Part shown: positions 17,831 through 27,678 of the stretch, one piece after another
Layout of the letters: the number at the start of each line of letters is the position of its first letter
Numbering within the stretch: the first letter of the stretch is position 1
NCBI GenBank assembly: GCA_034439935.1
Contig: JAWXBH010000106.1
Location: 892 to 64,891, forward strand
Source: a bacterium
Lineage (GTDB): Bacteria; Bacteroidota; Ignavibacteria; Tepidaquicellales; Tepidaquicellaceae
Direction: 5' to 3'
Length of the DNA stretch: 64,000 nt
Notes under the pieces: model-generated
Database searches by the model: none
Seen by the model: only the letters and a program-made list of their open reading frames with translations
Told to the model about the DNA's origin: nothing
Translations under genes and position numbers: made by a program

Positions 17831-19041
17831 GCTTAAAGCTTTTAAAGTTTGACACTATTAATCCACAGAACTACCTAATAGATGAGATCAAGAGGAATTA
17901 CGAACAGTTTAGAAATATGAAGAGTAAGGAAGTTCGTGACTGGATAATTTCTACACGAGGAAATTTTTCGGATTTCTATACATATAATTTAAGAAATCTC
18001 GGATGGGAAGCAGAAGAATTTTTTGTGAATGATTATTATATCGATAAGATTGCGGACGAATTGTATGGAAACAAAAAAAGCTTTCTGTTATACAAGTCAA
18101 AGCTCAAAGATAAAATAAGACCAATTAAAAACCGCTGGAACCTGGAGGTAATAATCGACTACATAGCTAAGTACAAACCGGATGTTATTCTTGTCAGAGA
18201 AAAGGTGGGAATCAGAAGCGACTTCTGGAAAAATTTCAGTAATAAAGCTTTAATTGTTTCAAGACTGGCAGCGCCCATCCCCAAACTTTGGTCACCCACT
18301 GACTGGGATATAATACTGACATCTACTGATGCTTATAAAAATTTCTTTAAATTGAATGGAGTATCTTCCTATATAAATCACAATGGATTTGATGAAAGAA
18401 TTTTAGGTGAAATGAAAGAAGGAGAGAAGAAATATGATGTAACTTTTGTCGGTGGAGTTGGGAGTAAGTTCTGGTCTAAGAGAACAAAGGCAATTGAATT
18501 CATAGCTGATAAAGTTAATTTTAAATGGTGGGGCTATAAGGGAGATAAATATCCGGCTGATCATCCTGTTAATTCAACATGGCAGGGACTTACAATTGGT
18601 CTGGAAATGCTTCAGATATATAAAGATTCAAAAATAGTTTTCAATGATTATGGTGAGATCGCAGATGGTCAGGGAGTAAATCAGAGAATGTTTGAAGTGA
18701 TGGGTGTTGGTTCACTGCTGCTTACAAGAGAGGCAGAAAATTTAAAACATGAGTATCCGGATAATATTTTTGTTACTTTTAAAAACGAGCAGGATTGTCT
18801 TGAGAAGATTAATTATTATCTTAAGAATGAAAAAGAACGTGAGGAGATCGCGAAGGCAGGACAAAAGTATGTGCTCAAAAATTTTACTTACGACAAACTG
18901 ATGGAAGAGCTGGACGTTCAACTCAAAGAAGGTTACTCAAAAAAATTTCCGCAATCGGGTAAAATATTAAGTACAGTTGTAGCAGGCGGCGTGTTCCAAG
19001 TTTGCACAGGAAGTTCTGAAATCGTTAAACTTATTTTGTAA
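17827..19041 (+). CDS. CgeB-family (Glyco_trans_1_2) glycosyltransferase
   Basis: C-terminal half DVTFVGG...NQRMFEVMGVGSLLLT...INYYLKNEKEREEIAKAGQKYVLKNFTY is typical of CgeB-like proteins. ATGA overlap with the upstream gene. Confidence 0.6.
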   Translation: MSLKLLKFDTINPQNYLIDEIKRNYEQFRNMKSKEVRDWIISTRGNFSDFYTYNLRNLGWEAEEFFVNDYYIDKIADELYGNKKSFLLYKSKLKDKIRPIKNRWNLEVIIDYIAKYKPDVILVREKVGIRSDFWKNFSNKALIVSRLAAPIPKLWSPTDWDIILTSTDAYKNFFKLNGVSSYINHNGFDERILGEMKEGEKKYDVTFVGGVGSKFWSKRTKAIEFIADKVNFKWWGYKGDKYPADHPVNSTWQGLTIGLEMLQIYKDSKIVFNDYGEIADGQGVNQRMFEVMGVGSLLLTREAENLKHEYPDNIFVTFKNEQDCLEKINYYLKNEKEREEIAKAGQKYVLKNFTYDKLMEELDVQLKEGYSKKFPQSGKILSTVVAGGVFQVCTGSSEIVKLIL

Positions 19042-19470
19042 ATGGTAGAGACAATAGAGAACAACGGAAAACTGCTTGCAATTATTATCGGCAGTGAATT
19101 TAAGAAAGACGGCATTCATTTTTTTACTTCAAATGATCTTTCACAACAGCTTGCATATATGCATCACCCGGTTGGAAAAACAATTGACCCGCATGTCCAC
19201 AATCCTGTCTCAAGAGAAGTTCAGTATACTCAGGAAGTATTAATGATCAAGAAAGGAAAGCTGCGTGTTGATTTTTATGATGATGAACAGAATTATCTTG
19301 ACAGCAGGGTCTTGAATGAAGGAGATGTAATTTTGCTGGCGACAGGGGGACATGGATTTGAAGTGCTGGAGGAAGTGGAAATGATCGAGGTCAAACAGGG
19401 ACCGTATGCGGGTGACAGTGACAAAACGAGATTTAGCGGAGTGGATAAAAGCAAAGTCATTTTAAAGTAG
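19042..19470 (+). CDS. Cupin-fold protein (possible sugar isomerase/epimerase, WbuC-like)
   Basis: 142 aa. Metal-site-like HHPVG...DPHVHN...E and a GD..L...GGHGFE beta-barrel pattern. Sits directly upstream of the aminotransferase. Confidence 0.4.
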   Translation: MVETIENNGKLLAIIIGSEFKKDGIHFFTSNDLSQQLAYMHHPVGKTIDPHVHNPVSREVQYTQEVLMIKKGKLRVDFYDDEQNYLDSRVLNEGDVILLATGGHGFEVLEEVEMIEVKQGPYAGDSDKTRFSGVDKSKVILK

Positions 19471-19471
19471 A

Positions 19472-20581
19472 ATGGATTTTATACCTGTAAACGAACCTTT
19501 ACTGGACGGCAATGAAAAAAAGTATTTGATGCATTGCATAGATACAGGATGGATATCATCTGAAGGACCTTTTGTAAAGGAGCTTGAAGAAAAATTTGCA
19601 AAACGAACAGGACGAAAGTACGGCATTGCAGTATGCAACGGTACGGCAGCATTAGAAGCGGCTGTCATCGCATCAGGCATAGAAAAAGGAGATGAGGTTA
19701 TATTGCCTACATTTACTATTATCTCCTGTGCATCGGCGGTTGTAAGAGCAGGAGCAATTCCGGTTCTTGTGGATTGTGATAGTACCTGGAATATGAGTGC
19801 AGAACTTATCAGAGAAAAAATTACGGCTAAGACGAAGGCAATTTTGGTTGTTCATATATACGGTTTGCCTGTAGACATGGACCCTGTGCTCGAAATTGCC
19901 AAAGAATTTAATCTGAAGATCATTGAAGATGCTGCAGAGTTGATCGGTCAGACATACAGGGGCAGGCAATGCGGAAGTTTCGGAGAAGTCAGCACATTCA
20001 GCTTTTATCCGAATAAGCACATAACCACAGGAGAAGGAGGAATGATCCTGACAGATGATGAGGAAATTGCAGAAAGATGCCGGTCGTTAAGGAATTTATG
20101 TTTTAAGCCGGAAAAAAGATTTGTTCATGATGAATTAGGATTCAATTTCAGGATGACAAACCTTCAGGCAGCCGTGGGAGTAGCGCAGCTTGAACGGCTG
20201 GATGAATTTATCATAAAGAAACGAAAGATCGGATCAGCATATAATGAATTGTTAAAGGATAATCCCAATTTTATTATTCCGATAGAGCAAACAGATTACT
20301 CAAAAAACATTTACTGGGTTTATGGTTTAGTTCTGAAAAATAGTGTACCCTTTGATGCTGAAGTAGCCATGAAAATTCTTGCCGAAAAAAATATCGGCAC
20401 CAGACCTTTCTTTTATCCAATGCATCTTCAGCCTGTTTTTAAGAAAGCGGGATTTTTTAAGAATGAATCTTATCCGGAAGCAGAAAAAATATCAACGAAT
20501 GGTTTTTACATTCCAAGCGGTTTAGCATTAACAGACAATCAAATCGAATATACTGCAAAAGTTTTACAACAGTTAGTTTGA
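19472..20581 (+). CDS. DegT/DnrJ/EryC1/StrS-family PLP sugar aminotransferase
   Basis: CNGTAALE, IIEDAAE, FSFYPNKHITTGEGGMILTDD (PLP lysine). Confidence 0.85.
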   Translation: MDFIPVNEPLLDGNEKKYLMHCIDTGWISSEGPFVKELEEKFAKRTGRKYGIAVCNGTAALEAAVIASGIEKGDEVILPTFTIISCASAVVRAGAIPVLVDCDSTWNMSAELIREKITAKTKAILVVHIYGLPVDMDPVLEIAKEFNLKIIEDAAELIGQTYRGRQCGSFGEVSTFSFYPNKHITTGEGGMILTDDEEIAERCRSLRNLCFKPEKRFVHDELGFNFRMTNLQAAVGVAQLERLDEFIIKKRKIGSAYNELLKDNPNFIIPIEQTDYSKNIYWVYGLVLKNSVPFDAEVAMKILAEKNIGTRPFFYPMHLQPVFKKAGFFKNESYPEAEKISTNGFYIPSGLALTDNQIEYTAKVLQQLV

Positions 20582-21621
20582 ACCAATCAAAAAAAATTAC
20601 AATTTTGAAAATCGGAATAATAGGTCTGGGATACTGGGGAGTAAATCTTGTCAGAAACTTTGCAAATTTAAAGGACACTGAATTAAAGATGGTTGTTGAT
20701 TCAAGACCTGAGCGAAAAGAGGCTTTGGATAAACTTTGTCCGGCAGCCATATTTTCGGATACAGCGGATGAATTATTAAATGATCCGGAAATAGATGCAG
20801 TAGTAATTGCTACTCCGGTATTTACTCATTATGAGCTTGCAAAAAGAAGTCTTGAAATGAATAAGCATGTATTGATCGAGAAACCTATGACATCAAGTAC
20901 AAAGCAAGCCGAAGAATTAATTGAGATCGCGCAAAGGAAGAAAAAAGTTTTAATGGTAGATCATACTTTTTTATATACAGGATCGGTGATGAAAATGAAG
21001 TCTCTCATAATGAACGGGGATATCGGAAAAGTAAAGTATTTTGATTCGACACGAATTAACCTGGGATTATTTCAGCCGGACATAAATGTTTTATGGGATC
21101 TTGCACCTCATGACATCTCCATTCTGAATTATCTGATAGAAGAAAGACCATACAGTGTTCAGGCGACAGGTGTTTCACATACTCATAACGGGATCGAGAA
21201 CATTGCTTACATAACTGTAAATTATGAATCAGGATTTATTGCTCACTTCAGTTGTTCGTGGACATCGCCTGTAAAAATAAGGATGATGTTAATTGGAGGT
21301 GAACAAAAAATGATAGTGTTCAATGATGTTGAGCCCACCGAAAAAATTAAAGTTTATGATACAGGATATGAGTATAAGACCGATGAAGATAAAAAAAGAA
21401 TTCTGGTGGATTACAGAACGGGTGACATATATACTCCAAAACTTGACATGAGAGAAGCTCTTGCATTAATGGCGAATGATTTTGTTTCTGCTGTAAGAAA
21501 CGGCACTACGCCTCTTTCTGATCATGTTTCAGGACTGGAAGTAATCAAAATTCTGGAAGCCTCACAGGAATCCATAAAAAACAAAGGCAGGGAAGTAATT
21601 ATTAAAAACAGTTTTCAGTAA
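20578..21621 (+). CDS. Gfo/Idh/MocA-family NAD-sugar oxidoreductase (WbpB/WlbA-like)
   Basis: IGIIGLGYWG Rossmann start, EKPM motif (LIEKPMTSS); TTGA overlap with the upstream aminotransferase. Confidence 0.8.
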   Translation: MNQSKKITILKIGIIGLGYWGVNLVRNFANLKDTELKMVVDSRPERKEALDKLCPAAIFSDTADELLNDPEIDAVVIATPVFTHYELAKRSLEMNKHVLIEKPMTSSTKQAEELIEIAQRKKKVLMVDHTFLYTGSVMKMKSLIMNGDIGKVKYFDSTRINLGLFQPDINVLWDLAPHDISILNYLIEERPYSVQATGVSHTHNGIENIAYITVNYESGFIAHFSCSWTSPVKIRMMLIGGEQKMIVFNDVEPTEKIKVYDTGYEYKTDEDKKRILVDYRTGDIYTPKLDMREALALMANDFVSAVRNGTTPLSDHVSGLEVIKILEASQESIKNKGREVIIKNSFQ

Positions 21622-21624
21622 GCA

Positions 21625-22557
21625 ATGGTGAAATTTGGATTTATCGGGGGAACGAAGAGAGGGTACAAACTGATCAACGCACTTTTTGATAAAGAGCTCC
21701 TTCCTGAATTCGCGATCATCTTAAAAGAGGATGATCACGAGAATGTTAAATATCATGAAAAGATCTCTGATATGCTTAACCAAAAAAAAATTCCAAATTT
21801 TATAAAAAATAAATTAGGGAAATCAGATTATGATTTAATTAAAGATTCAAACGTGGACGTGATAATCCTGTACGGCTGGAGAACATTGATTGATACCCGG
21901 ATCACGAGCAGGATAAAGTATGGCATTATTGCAGCGCATCAGTCGCTGCTTCCAAACTATCGAGGCTTTGCTCCGCTACAATGGGTAATTATTAATGACG
22001 AAAAAGAGACCGGTGTTACTTTATTTCAGATAACAGAAGGTGAAGTTGATAGCGGAAAAATTATTTCGCAGGCAAAAGTTGAAATTGATCTGAATGAATA
22101 CGCAAGTGAACTGGATGATAAATTAATTAATATTACTATTGAACATTTTTTTAATGTATTGGAAAATATTGAAAAGGGTGAATTGAGATTAGTTGAGCAG
22201 GATGAAACAAAGGCAACATACGCTTGCAAGAGAATTCCTGATGATGGATTGATAGACTGGAACAAATCAACAAGAGAAATATTTAATCTTATAAGAGCAC
22301 TTGCTTATCCTTTTACCGGTTCATTTTGCAGATATGGAGATGATACATACATTATAAGGAAAGCAAGGATTGGTGATAACGATGATAAGATCTATTCAGG
22401 ACGGATTCCCGGAAGAGTAATAAAAATTTTACCGGAAGGAATTGAAATACTTACCGGTGACGGTAGCATCTTAATTTCGGAATGGGAAAATAGTAAAACA
22501 GGGAATGTTTCATGTCCTTCAGCGGAGATTAAAACATTATCGGTGACATTATACTAA
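21625..22557 (+). CDS. Formyltransferase-family protein (sugar N-formyltransferase-like)
   Basis: IIAAHQSLLPNYRGFAPLQW...TGVTLFQI...VDSGKI aligns with the Fmt/ArnA motif NxHxSLLPxxRG...D. His and Asp are present, but the Asn position reads Ala. Confidence 0.7.
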   Translation: MVKFGFIGGTKRGYKLINALFDKELLPEFAIILKEDDHENVKYHEKISDMLNQKKIPNFIKNKLGKSDYDLIKDSNVDVIILYGWRTLIDTRITSRIKYGIIAAHQSLLPNYRGFAPLQWVIINDEKETGVTLFQITEGEVDSGKIISQAKVEIDLNEYASELDDKLINITIEHFFNVLENIEKGELRLVEQDETKATYACKRIPDDGLIDWNKSTREIFNLIRALAYPFTGSFCRYGDDTYIIRKARIGDNDDKIYSGRIPGRVIKILPEGIEILTGDGSILISEWENSKTGNVSCPSAEIKTLSVTLY

Positions 22558-22590
22558 TTAAGTTCTGCTATAAAAATATTTGAAAGATAA

Positions 22591-23721
22591 ATGATACCGA
22601 TCGCAAAGCCATACTTAACTAAAGACGAGGCACAAAGCGCTTACGACACAATACTTTCGGGCTGGGTGACACAAGGTCCTAAAGTAGAGGAGTTTGAAAA
22701 ACAATTCTGTGAATATACCGGAGCTGATCATGCTGTTGCAGTATCCAATTGTACCACAGCACTACACCTTGCAATGATCGCCGCCGGTATACAGCCGGGT
22801 GATGAAGTTATATGTCCTTCGATGAGCTACATTGCATCATCGAACAGCATAAAGTATGCCGGTGGAAAACCTGTGTTTGCCGAGGTTAATCCGGTCACAT
22901 ATAATATTGATCCCGTACACGCTGAAACTTTGATCACTGATAAAACTAAAGCAATTCTCATCGTTCATCAGATCGGAATGCCCGCTGACATTGATGCATT
23001 TAAAAAAATATCTGAAAAGCATAATGTTAAATTAATTGAGGATGCCGCGTGTGCAGCCGGTTCATCATACAAAGGGAAAAAGATCGGCTCACATTCAGAG
23101 CTCGTATGCTTTTCATTTCATCCAAGAAAAGTAATTACAACCGGAGAGGGAGGAATGATAACCACCTCCAATGAAAGTTATTACAAACGAATGAAGCTTC
23201 TCCGCCAGCATGGAATGTCAGTTGACAACAGGGCGAGACACCAGTCTGAAAAATTAATTTTTGAAGATCACGTTGAAGTCGGATATAATTACAGAATGAC
23301 AGACATTCAGGGTGCGATCGGAATAATGCAACTGGAAAAGCTTGACCGGATAATTGACGAGCGCAGGAAGATAGTGAAGCGATACCTTGAAGAATTGAGT
23401 GATATTGACTGCATAAGATTACCATTTGAAGCTGATGGTTATTTTTCCAATTATCAGTCATTCAGTATTTATCTGAAGAAAAATGCTCCATTGTCACGCA
23501 ATGAATTAATGCAAAAAATGCTGGATACCGGAATTGCGACAAGAAGAGGTATAATGAATGCACATAAGGAAACTGCTTATAAAAGTGAATACAAAAATAC
23601 AAAGCTGCCTATGTCAGAAGATTCAGCCGATAACAGCATAATGATCCCTTTGTATATTCCCATGAGTGATGATGATGTTAGTAAAGTTATCTCCGTTTTA
23701 AGAGGTCAGCTTAAAGATTAA
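22591..23721 (+). CDS. DegT-family PLP sugar aminotransferase
   Basis: SNCTTALHLA, LIEDAACA, FSFHPRKVITTGEGGMITT. Confidence 0.85.
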   Translation: MIPIAKPYLTKDEAQSAYDTILSGWVTQGPKVEEFEKQFCEYTGADHAVAVSNCTTALHLAMIAAGIQPGDEVICPSMSYIASSNSIKYAGGKPVFAEVNPVTYNIDPVHAETLITDKTKAILIVHQIGMPADIDAFKKISEKHNVKLIEDAACAAGSSYKGKKIGSHSELVCFSFHPRKVITTGEGGMITTSNESYYKRMKLLRQHGMSVDNRARHQSEKLIFEDHVEVGYNYRMTDIQGAIGIMQLEKLDRIIDERRKIVKRYLEELSDIDCIRLPFEADGYFSNYQSFSIYLKKNAPLSRNELMQKMLDTGIATRRGIMNAHKETAYKSEYKNTKLPMSEDSADNSIMIPLYIPMSDDDVSKVISVLRGQLKD

Positions 23722-23737
23722 TAAAAAATTTATTTTA

Positions 23738-24529
23738 TTGTTAAGCGATACATTAAATACCGCCAGAAAGAATTTCAGGAAAAAGTTCAAGTACAGCATG
23801 CTGTTAACGGGCGGCAGTCCGTCAAAAAAGTTTGTCATTTATACAAGAGGAAGAACCGGAAGTACAGTCTTATCGGATCTGATCAACTGCCATCCGGATA
23901 TTTTTTGTGACGTTGAGATATTCAACTTTATATATTCAAACTCGGAAGTAAAATTTCCACATCTTTATATAAAGAGCTGCAGTAAGCGAGCCGCTTTGTT
24001 CAATAAAAAAGTTTATGGTTTTAAAGTTAAGATATCGCAGTTACAAAATGAACATAAGTATGAAGACTATGCTAAAATTCTGGAAGAGCTTTCTGAAGAC
24101 GGTTGGAAATTCATTCATCTTAAGCGGATGAATCACTTACGTCATAAGATCTCGAACCTCTTTACAACCAAGGAAAATATATATCATGTTAAGAGCAGTG
24201 AAAATTTAATAAGACCAAAAATTGAAGTTGACTGTCAATTACTGTTTGACAGCATCAAGTTCAGTGAAAATGTAGAGAGAACAGAAGAAGAAAATTTAAG
24301 TAACATTCCAAATCTGAAATTGATTTATGAAAAAGATCTGTCGGATAACACATTCCATCAGCAGACTGCAAACAAAGTTTTCCAATATCTTGGCTTGCCG
24401 TCCCATGCAGTGACCACTGAATACAGAAGGCTTATACCGGAGAATCTTGAAGATATTATCATTAACTATGATGAACTTAACAAATGTTTTAAGGATACTG
24501 AATATTCAAAATTCTTAAACGGGAAATAA
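23738..24529 (+). CDS. Sulfotransferase-family protein (Stf0/NodH-like)
   Basis: PAPS 5'-phosphosulfate loop YTRGRTGSTVL and a later LKRMNHLRHKISN segment resembling the 3'-phosphate motif. TTG start. Confidence 0.55.
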   Translation: MLSDTLNTARKNFRKKFKYSMLLTGGSPSKKFVIYTRGRTGSTVLSDLINCHPDIFCDVEIFNFIYSNSEVKFPHLYIKSCSKRAALFNKKVYGFKVKISQLQNEHKYEDYAKILEELSEDGWKFIHLKRMNHLRHKISNLFTTKENIYHVKSSENLIRPKIEVDCQLLFDSIKFSENVERTEEENLSNIPNLKLIYEKDLSDNTFHQQTANKVFQYLGLPSHAVTTEYRRLIPENLEDIIINYDELNKCFKDTEYSKFLNGK

Positions 24530-25300
24530 ATGACTAAGAAAGTTTTTGGAGCGTATGCTAAATATTATGATCTGTTGTATAAGGATAAGGATTACAATAA
24601 AGAAGCAGCTTACATTAAAAGGATGATTAATAAATTCAATCCTGAATGTAAAAATATTCTGAATCTTGGCTGCGGAACGGGCAAACATGATTTCATTTTT
24701 GCGGATAAAGGTTTTGATGTGACGGGCATAGATCTTTCAGAAGAAATGGTGCAGTATGCTAACGACAGCTTATTGAAAAGACAAAGCGCGGGCAAGCTCA
24801 AATTTTTGCAAGGTGACATAAGAGAAATTTCATTGAATAGAAAGTTCGACGCAGTAATTGCTTTATTCCATGTAATGAGCTATCAGAATTCAAATGATGA
24901 TGTTTTAAAGACGCTAATCAATGCAAGGAAACATTTAAAAAAAAACGGAGTGTTGATATTTGATTTCTGGTATGGACCGGGAGTTCTGACAGACAGACCG
25001 GAAAGAAGAATAAAAAATTTTTCAGAGAGGGAAGTATCAGTCAGGAGATATGCTGTTCCGAGAATAAGGATAAATGAAAACATCGTGGATGTAAATTATA
25101 AGATAATTGTAACAACAAAAAACAGAAAGCAGTCCGTAACAATAAATGAGATTCACAGCATGAGATATTTTTTTATTCCTGAGATATCAATGTTTTTAAA
25201 AAGCGCAGGAATGAAATTAGAAATATGCAGGGAATGGCTGACAGGCAAAGAGCTGTCTGACAGGTCCTGGTCAGCATTCGCCGTAGCGAAAAAGTTATGA
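24530..25300 (+). CDS. Class I SAM-dependent methyltransferase
   Basis: Motif I ILNLGCGTGKH, acidic loop GIDLS, motif II region FDAVIALF. Confidence 0.8.
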   Translation: MTKKVFGAYAKYYDLLYKDKDYNKEAAYIKRMINKFNPECKNILNLGCGTGKHDFIFADKGFDVTGIDLSEEMVQYANDSLLKRQSAGKLKFLQGDIREISLNRKFDAVIALFHVMSYQNSNDDVLKTLINARKHLKKNGVLIFDFWYGPGVLTDRPERRIKNFSEREVSVRRYAVPRIRINENIVDVNYKIIVTTKNRKQSVTINEIHSMRYFFIPEISMFLKSAGMKLEICREWLTGKELSDRSWSAFAVAKKL

Positions 25301-25316
25301 TAAATTCTCCCCAAAC

Positions 25317-26498
25317 ATGAAAACGATCGCTATTGTAACACCGAAAATCGATACGTTCAGTAATCCGACGCTTACATTAATCATTGAAAAATTGATTGAA
25401 GAGAATTACAAAATTCTTTTTTTTGGATTCGAGCAGCTTTTCATTCCAAGGGAACTTAAGGCGAAAATGGATTTTTATACGTTACCTTTTAACTTCTACA
25501 AATCAAAAAAAGATCTTAATGCACTGATAAAAAATATGAATCAATGTTATGAACTTTATAAGCTTCTGAAAATTGAGAATAGAGTAAAGGCGCTGATATG
25601 TGTCGATCCTATGGGACTGGTAATTGCAGGACGAATTCAGAGACTGGTAAATCTGAAGATAATATATGCATCGTTTGAGATCTTTTTTGAAGATGAATTT
25701 TATATACAAAAAAAGAAGATCCTGAAAGTACTTGAAAGAAAATATTCTCAGAAAGTAGACTCAGTAATAATTCAGGATCCTGCAAGAGAAAAATTGCTGA
25801 GGGAGGTTAATGATTTTAATCCAAAGACAAAATTTTTGCGGATCCCGGTTTCTCCAAAGAGACTTAAGATCAATGAAAATAGTTTGAATCTGCATGAAAG
25901 TCAGAATATACCGGAAGACAAAACTATTGTAGTTTACTCCGGAACGCTGCTGGGATGGAGCGGAGTAAGCGATCTTCTCGATATATTTAAAGAAAAATGG
26001 AACAAAAAATTCTGGTTGTTGCTGCATTCTCATCACAGCCTTGATGATAAGAACGAGATAAAATTAAAGATTGACGAGCTGATAAAATCTAAACAACAGA
26101 TCTCATTTCATGATTATGCCTTTTATAATTTTGAAGACTATGCAAAGTTTCTCTTGAAATGTGATATTGGAATAGCAACATATTTTCCAAATAGTGTTGA
26201 TATATTTGCGGGAAAAAATCTGCAGGAAATAGGATTATCTTCGGGAAAATTCTCATCTTACATGATGCTGGAAAAACCAACTGTGACAACTTCCAATCCT
26301 ATCTATAAACAGCTTAACGAGAAGTATAATTTTGGTGAAGTAATAAATACAATGGCTGATCTTCCGGAGGCATTGAATAAAATCCTGGAAAATTACGAAA
26401 CGAAGGTCCACGGCTGCCGTGAATTATTTGACAATGAGCTTGATCCTGAACTAAAAATTGAGAATTTGTTTTCTGAAATAAATAACTATTACATTTAA
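25317..26498 (+). CDS. Hypothetical protein, possibly GT-B-fold glycosyltransferase
   Basis: 393 aa. N-terminal MKTIAIVTPK... and a mid-protein IVVYSGTLLGWSG layout resemble two-Rossmann GT-B proteins, but I see no EX7E motif. Confidence 0.3.
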   Translation: MKTIAIVTPKIDTFSNPTLTLIIEKLIEENYKILFFGFEQLFIPRELKAKMDFYTLPFNFYKSKKDLNALIKNMNQCYELYKLLKIENRVKALICVDPMGLVIAGRIQRLVNLKIIYASFEIFFEDEFYIQKKKILKVLERKYSQKVDSVIIQDPAREKLLREVNDFNPKTKFLRIPVSPKRLKINENSLNLHESQNIPEDKTIVVYSGTLLGWSGVSDLLDIFKEKWNKKFWLLLHSHHSLDDKNEIKLKIDELIKSKQQISFHDYAFYNFEDYAKFLLKCDIGIATYFPNSVDIFAGKNLQEIGLSSGKFSSYMMLEKPTVTTSNPIYKQLNEKYNFGEVINTMADLPEALNKILENYETKVHGCRELFDNELDPELKIENLFSEINNYYI

Positions 26499-26499
26499 G

Positions 26500-27627
26500 A
26501 TGGGGAATAAAAAATTATTGAAAGAATTACCTGAACCCCCCAAAGGAAAGTCAGGCTGGCCCTGGACTGAGGAAACAGATATTTCCATTTATAAGGATCT
26601 AAAAAATTTGCCAAAGTTTTCCATAATTACACCAAGTTTTAATCAGGGAAAATTCATCGAACAGACAATCAGATCAGTGCTGCTGCAGAATTATCCGAAT
26701 CTGGAATACATAATAATTGACGGGGGAAGTACAGATGAGACAGCAGAGATCATAAGAAAATACGAACCCTGGATAAAACACTGGGAAAGCAAAGAGGATA
26801 GGGGACAGTCACATGCGATCAACAAAGGATTACTGAAATGCGAAGGCGAAATATTTAACTGGCTAAACAGTGATGATTATTATAATAAGGACTGCTTTAA
26901 GTTTGTAGCGGAAAATTTTAGAAACAAGGATACACAGATGGTAGCCGGTAATTACAGATTCTTTGATAATGATGAGACACGAAAGGAAAAAATCATAAAT
27001 TTCAAATTACGAAATTCACTTGAAGAAACAATTGCTTTCATACTTATAAATCAACCTTCCACATTTTTCAGGATGGAAATTTTTAAAGATCTGGGTGAGC
27101 TTGATGAAAGACTTCAGTTTGTAATGGATCAGGATATATGGAAAAAATATTTATTCAGATACGGTCAGAGCAAAATTAAAATTCTGGATAAGGATCTTAC
27201 AAATTTCAGGTTTCACGCGCAATCGAAGACATTTCAGTTTCAGTTTAATAATGAATATGCAGGCATATTTTATTCAATTGCACAGAAGACAGGAATGGAA
27301 AGGCATGCCGCGCTTTTGAAAAAGATATACGGCAGCGATATTGGAAAAGGGTACGATTTCAAATTTAATTTCAGTGAGAAAAATATTGATCTGGCAAAAA
27401 AAGTGATTAACAATCTTGTATTCTCAAATGCCCGGAATTTTCTGACAGCCGACAAGATCGAAGAGATGAATGAATGCTTAGCAGTTCTTGAAACCAAGTG
27501 GCTGAATAAAAAACAAAAGGATTATGCGAGGACATTAAAAGTTAAGTCAAAGTTAATCAAGTTTAAACTGAAGCCCGTAATGAGATTATTCGGGAGCAGA
27601 AAGTCTAAAACAAAGACTGCGGTATAG
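26500..27627 (+). CDS. Family 2 glycosyltransferase
   Basis: FSIITPSFNQGKFIEQTIRSVLLQNYPNLEYIIIDGGSTDET...NSDDYY. Confidence 0.8.
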   Translation: MGNKKLLKELPEPPKGKSGWPWTEETDISIYKDLKNLPKFSIITPSFNQGKFIEQTIRSVLLQNYPNLEYIIIDGGSTDETAEIIRKYEPWIKHWESKEDRGQSHAINKGLLKCEGEIFNWLNSDDYYNKDCFKFVAENFRNKDTQMVAGNYRFFDNDETRKEKIINFKLRNSLEETIAFILINQPSTFFRMEIFKDLGELDERLQFVMDQDIWKKYLFRYGQSKIKILDKDLTNFRFHAQSKTFQFQFNNEYAGIFYSIAQKTGMERHAALLKKIYGSDIGKGYDFKFNFSEKNIDLAKKVINNLVFSNARNFLTADKIEEMNECLAVLETKWLNKKQKDYARTLKVKSKLIKFKLKPVMRLFGSRKSKTKTAV

Positions 27628-27678
27628 GATTGAAAATGAATTCAGGTAATAAATGAAAATGTTAACGAGAAACGATAT

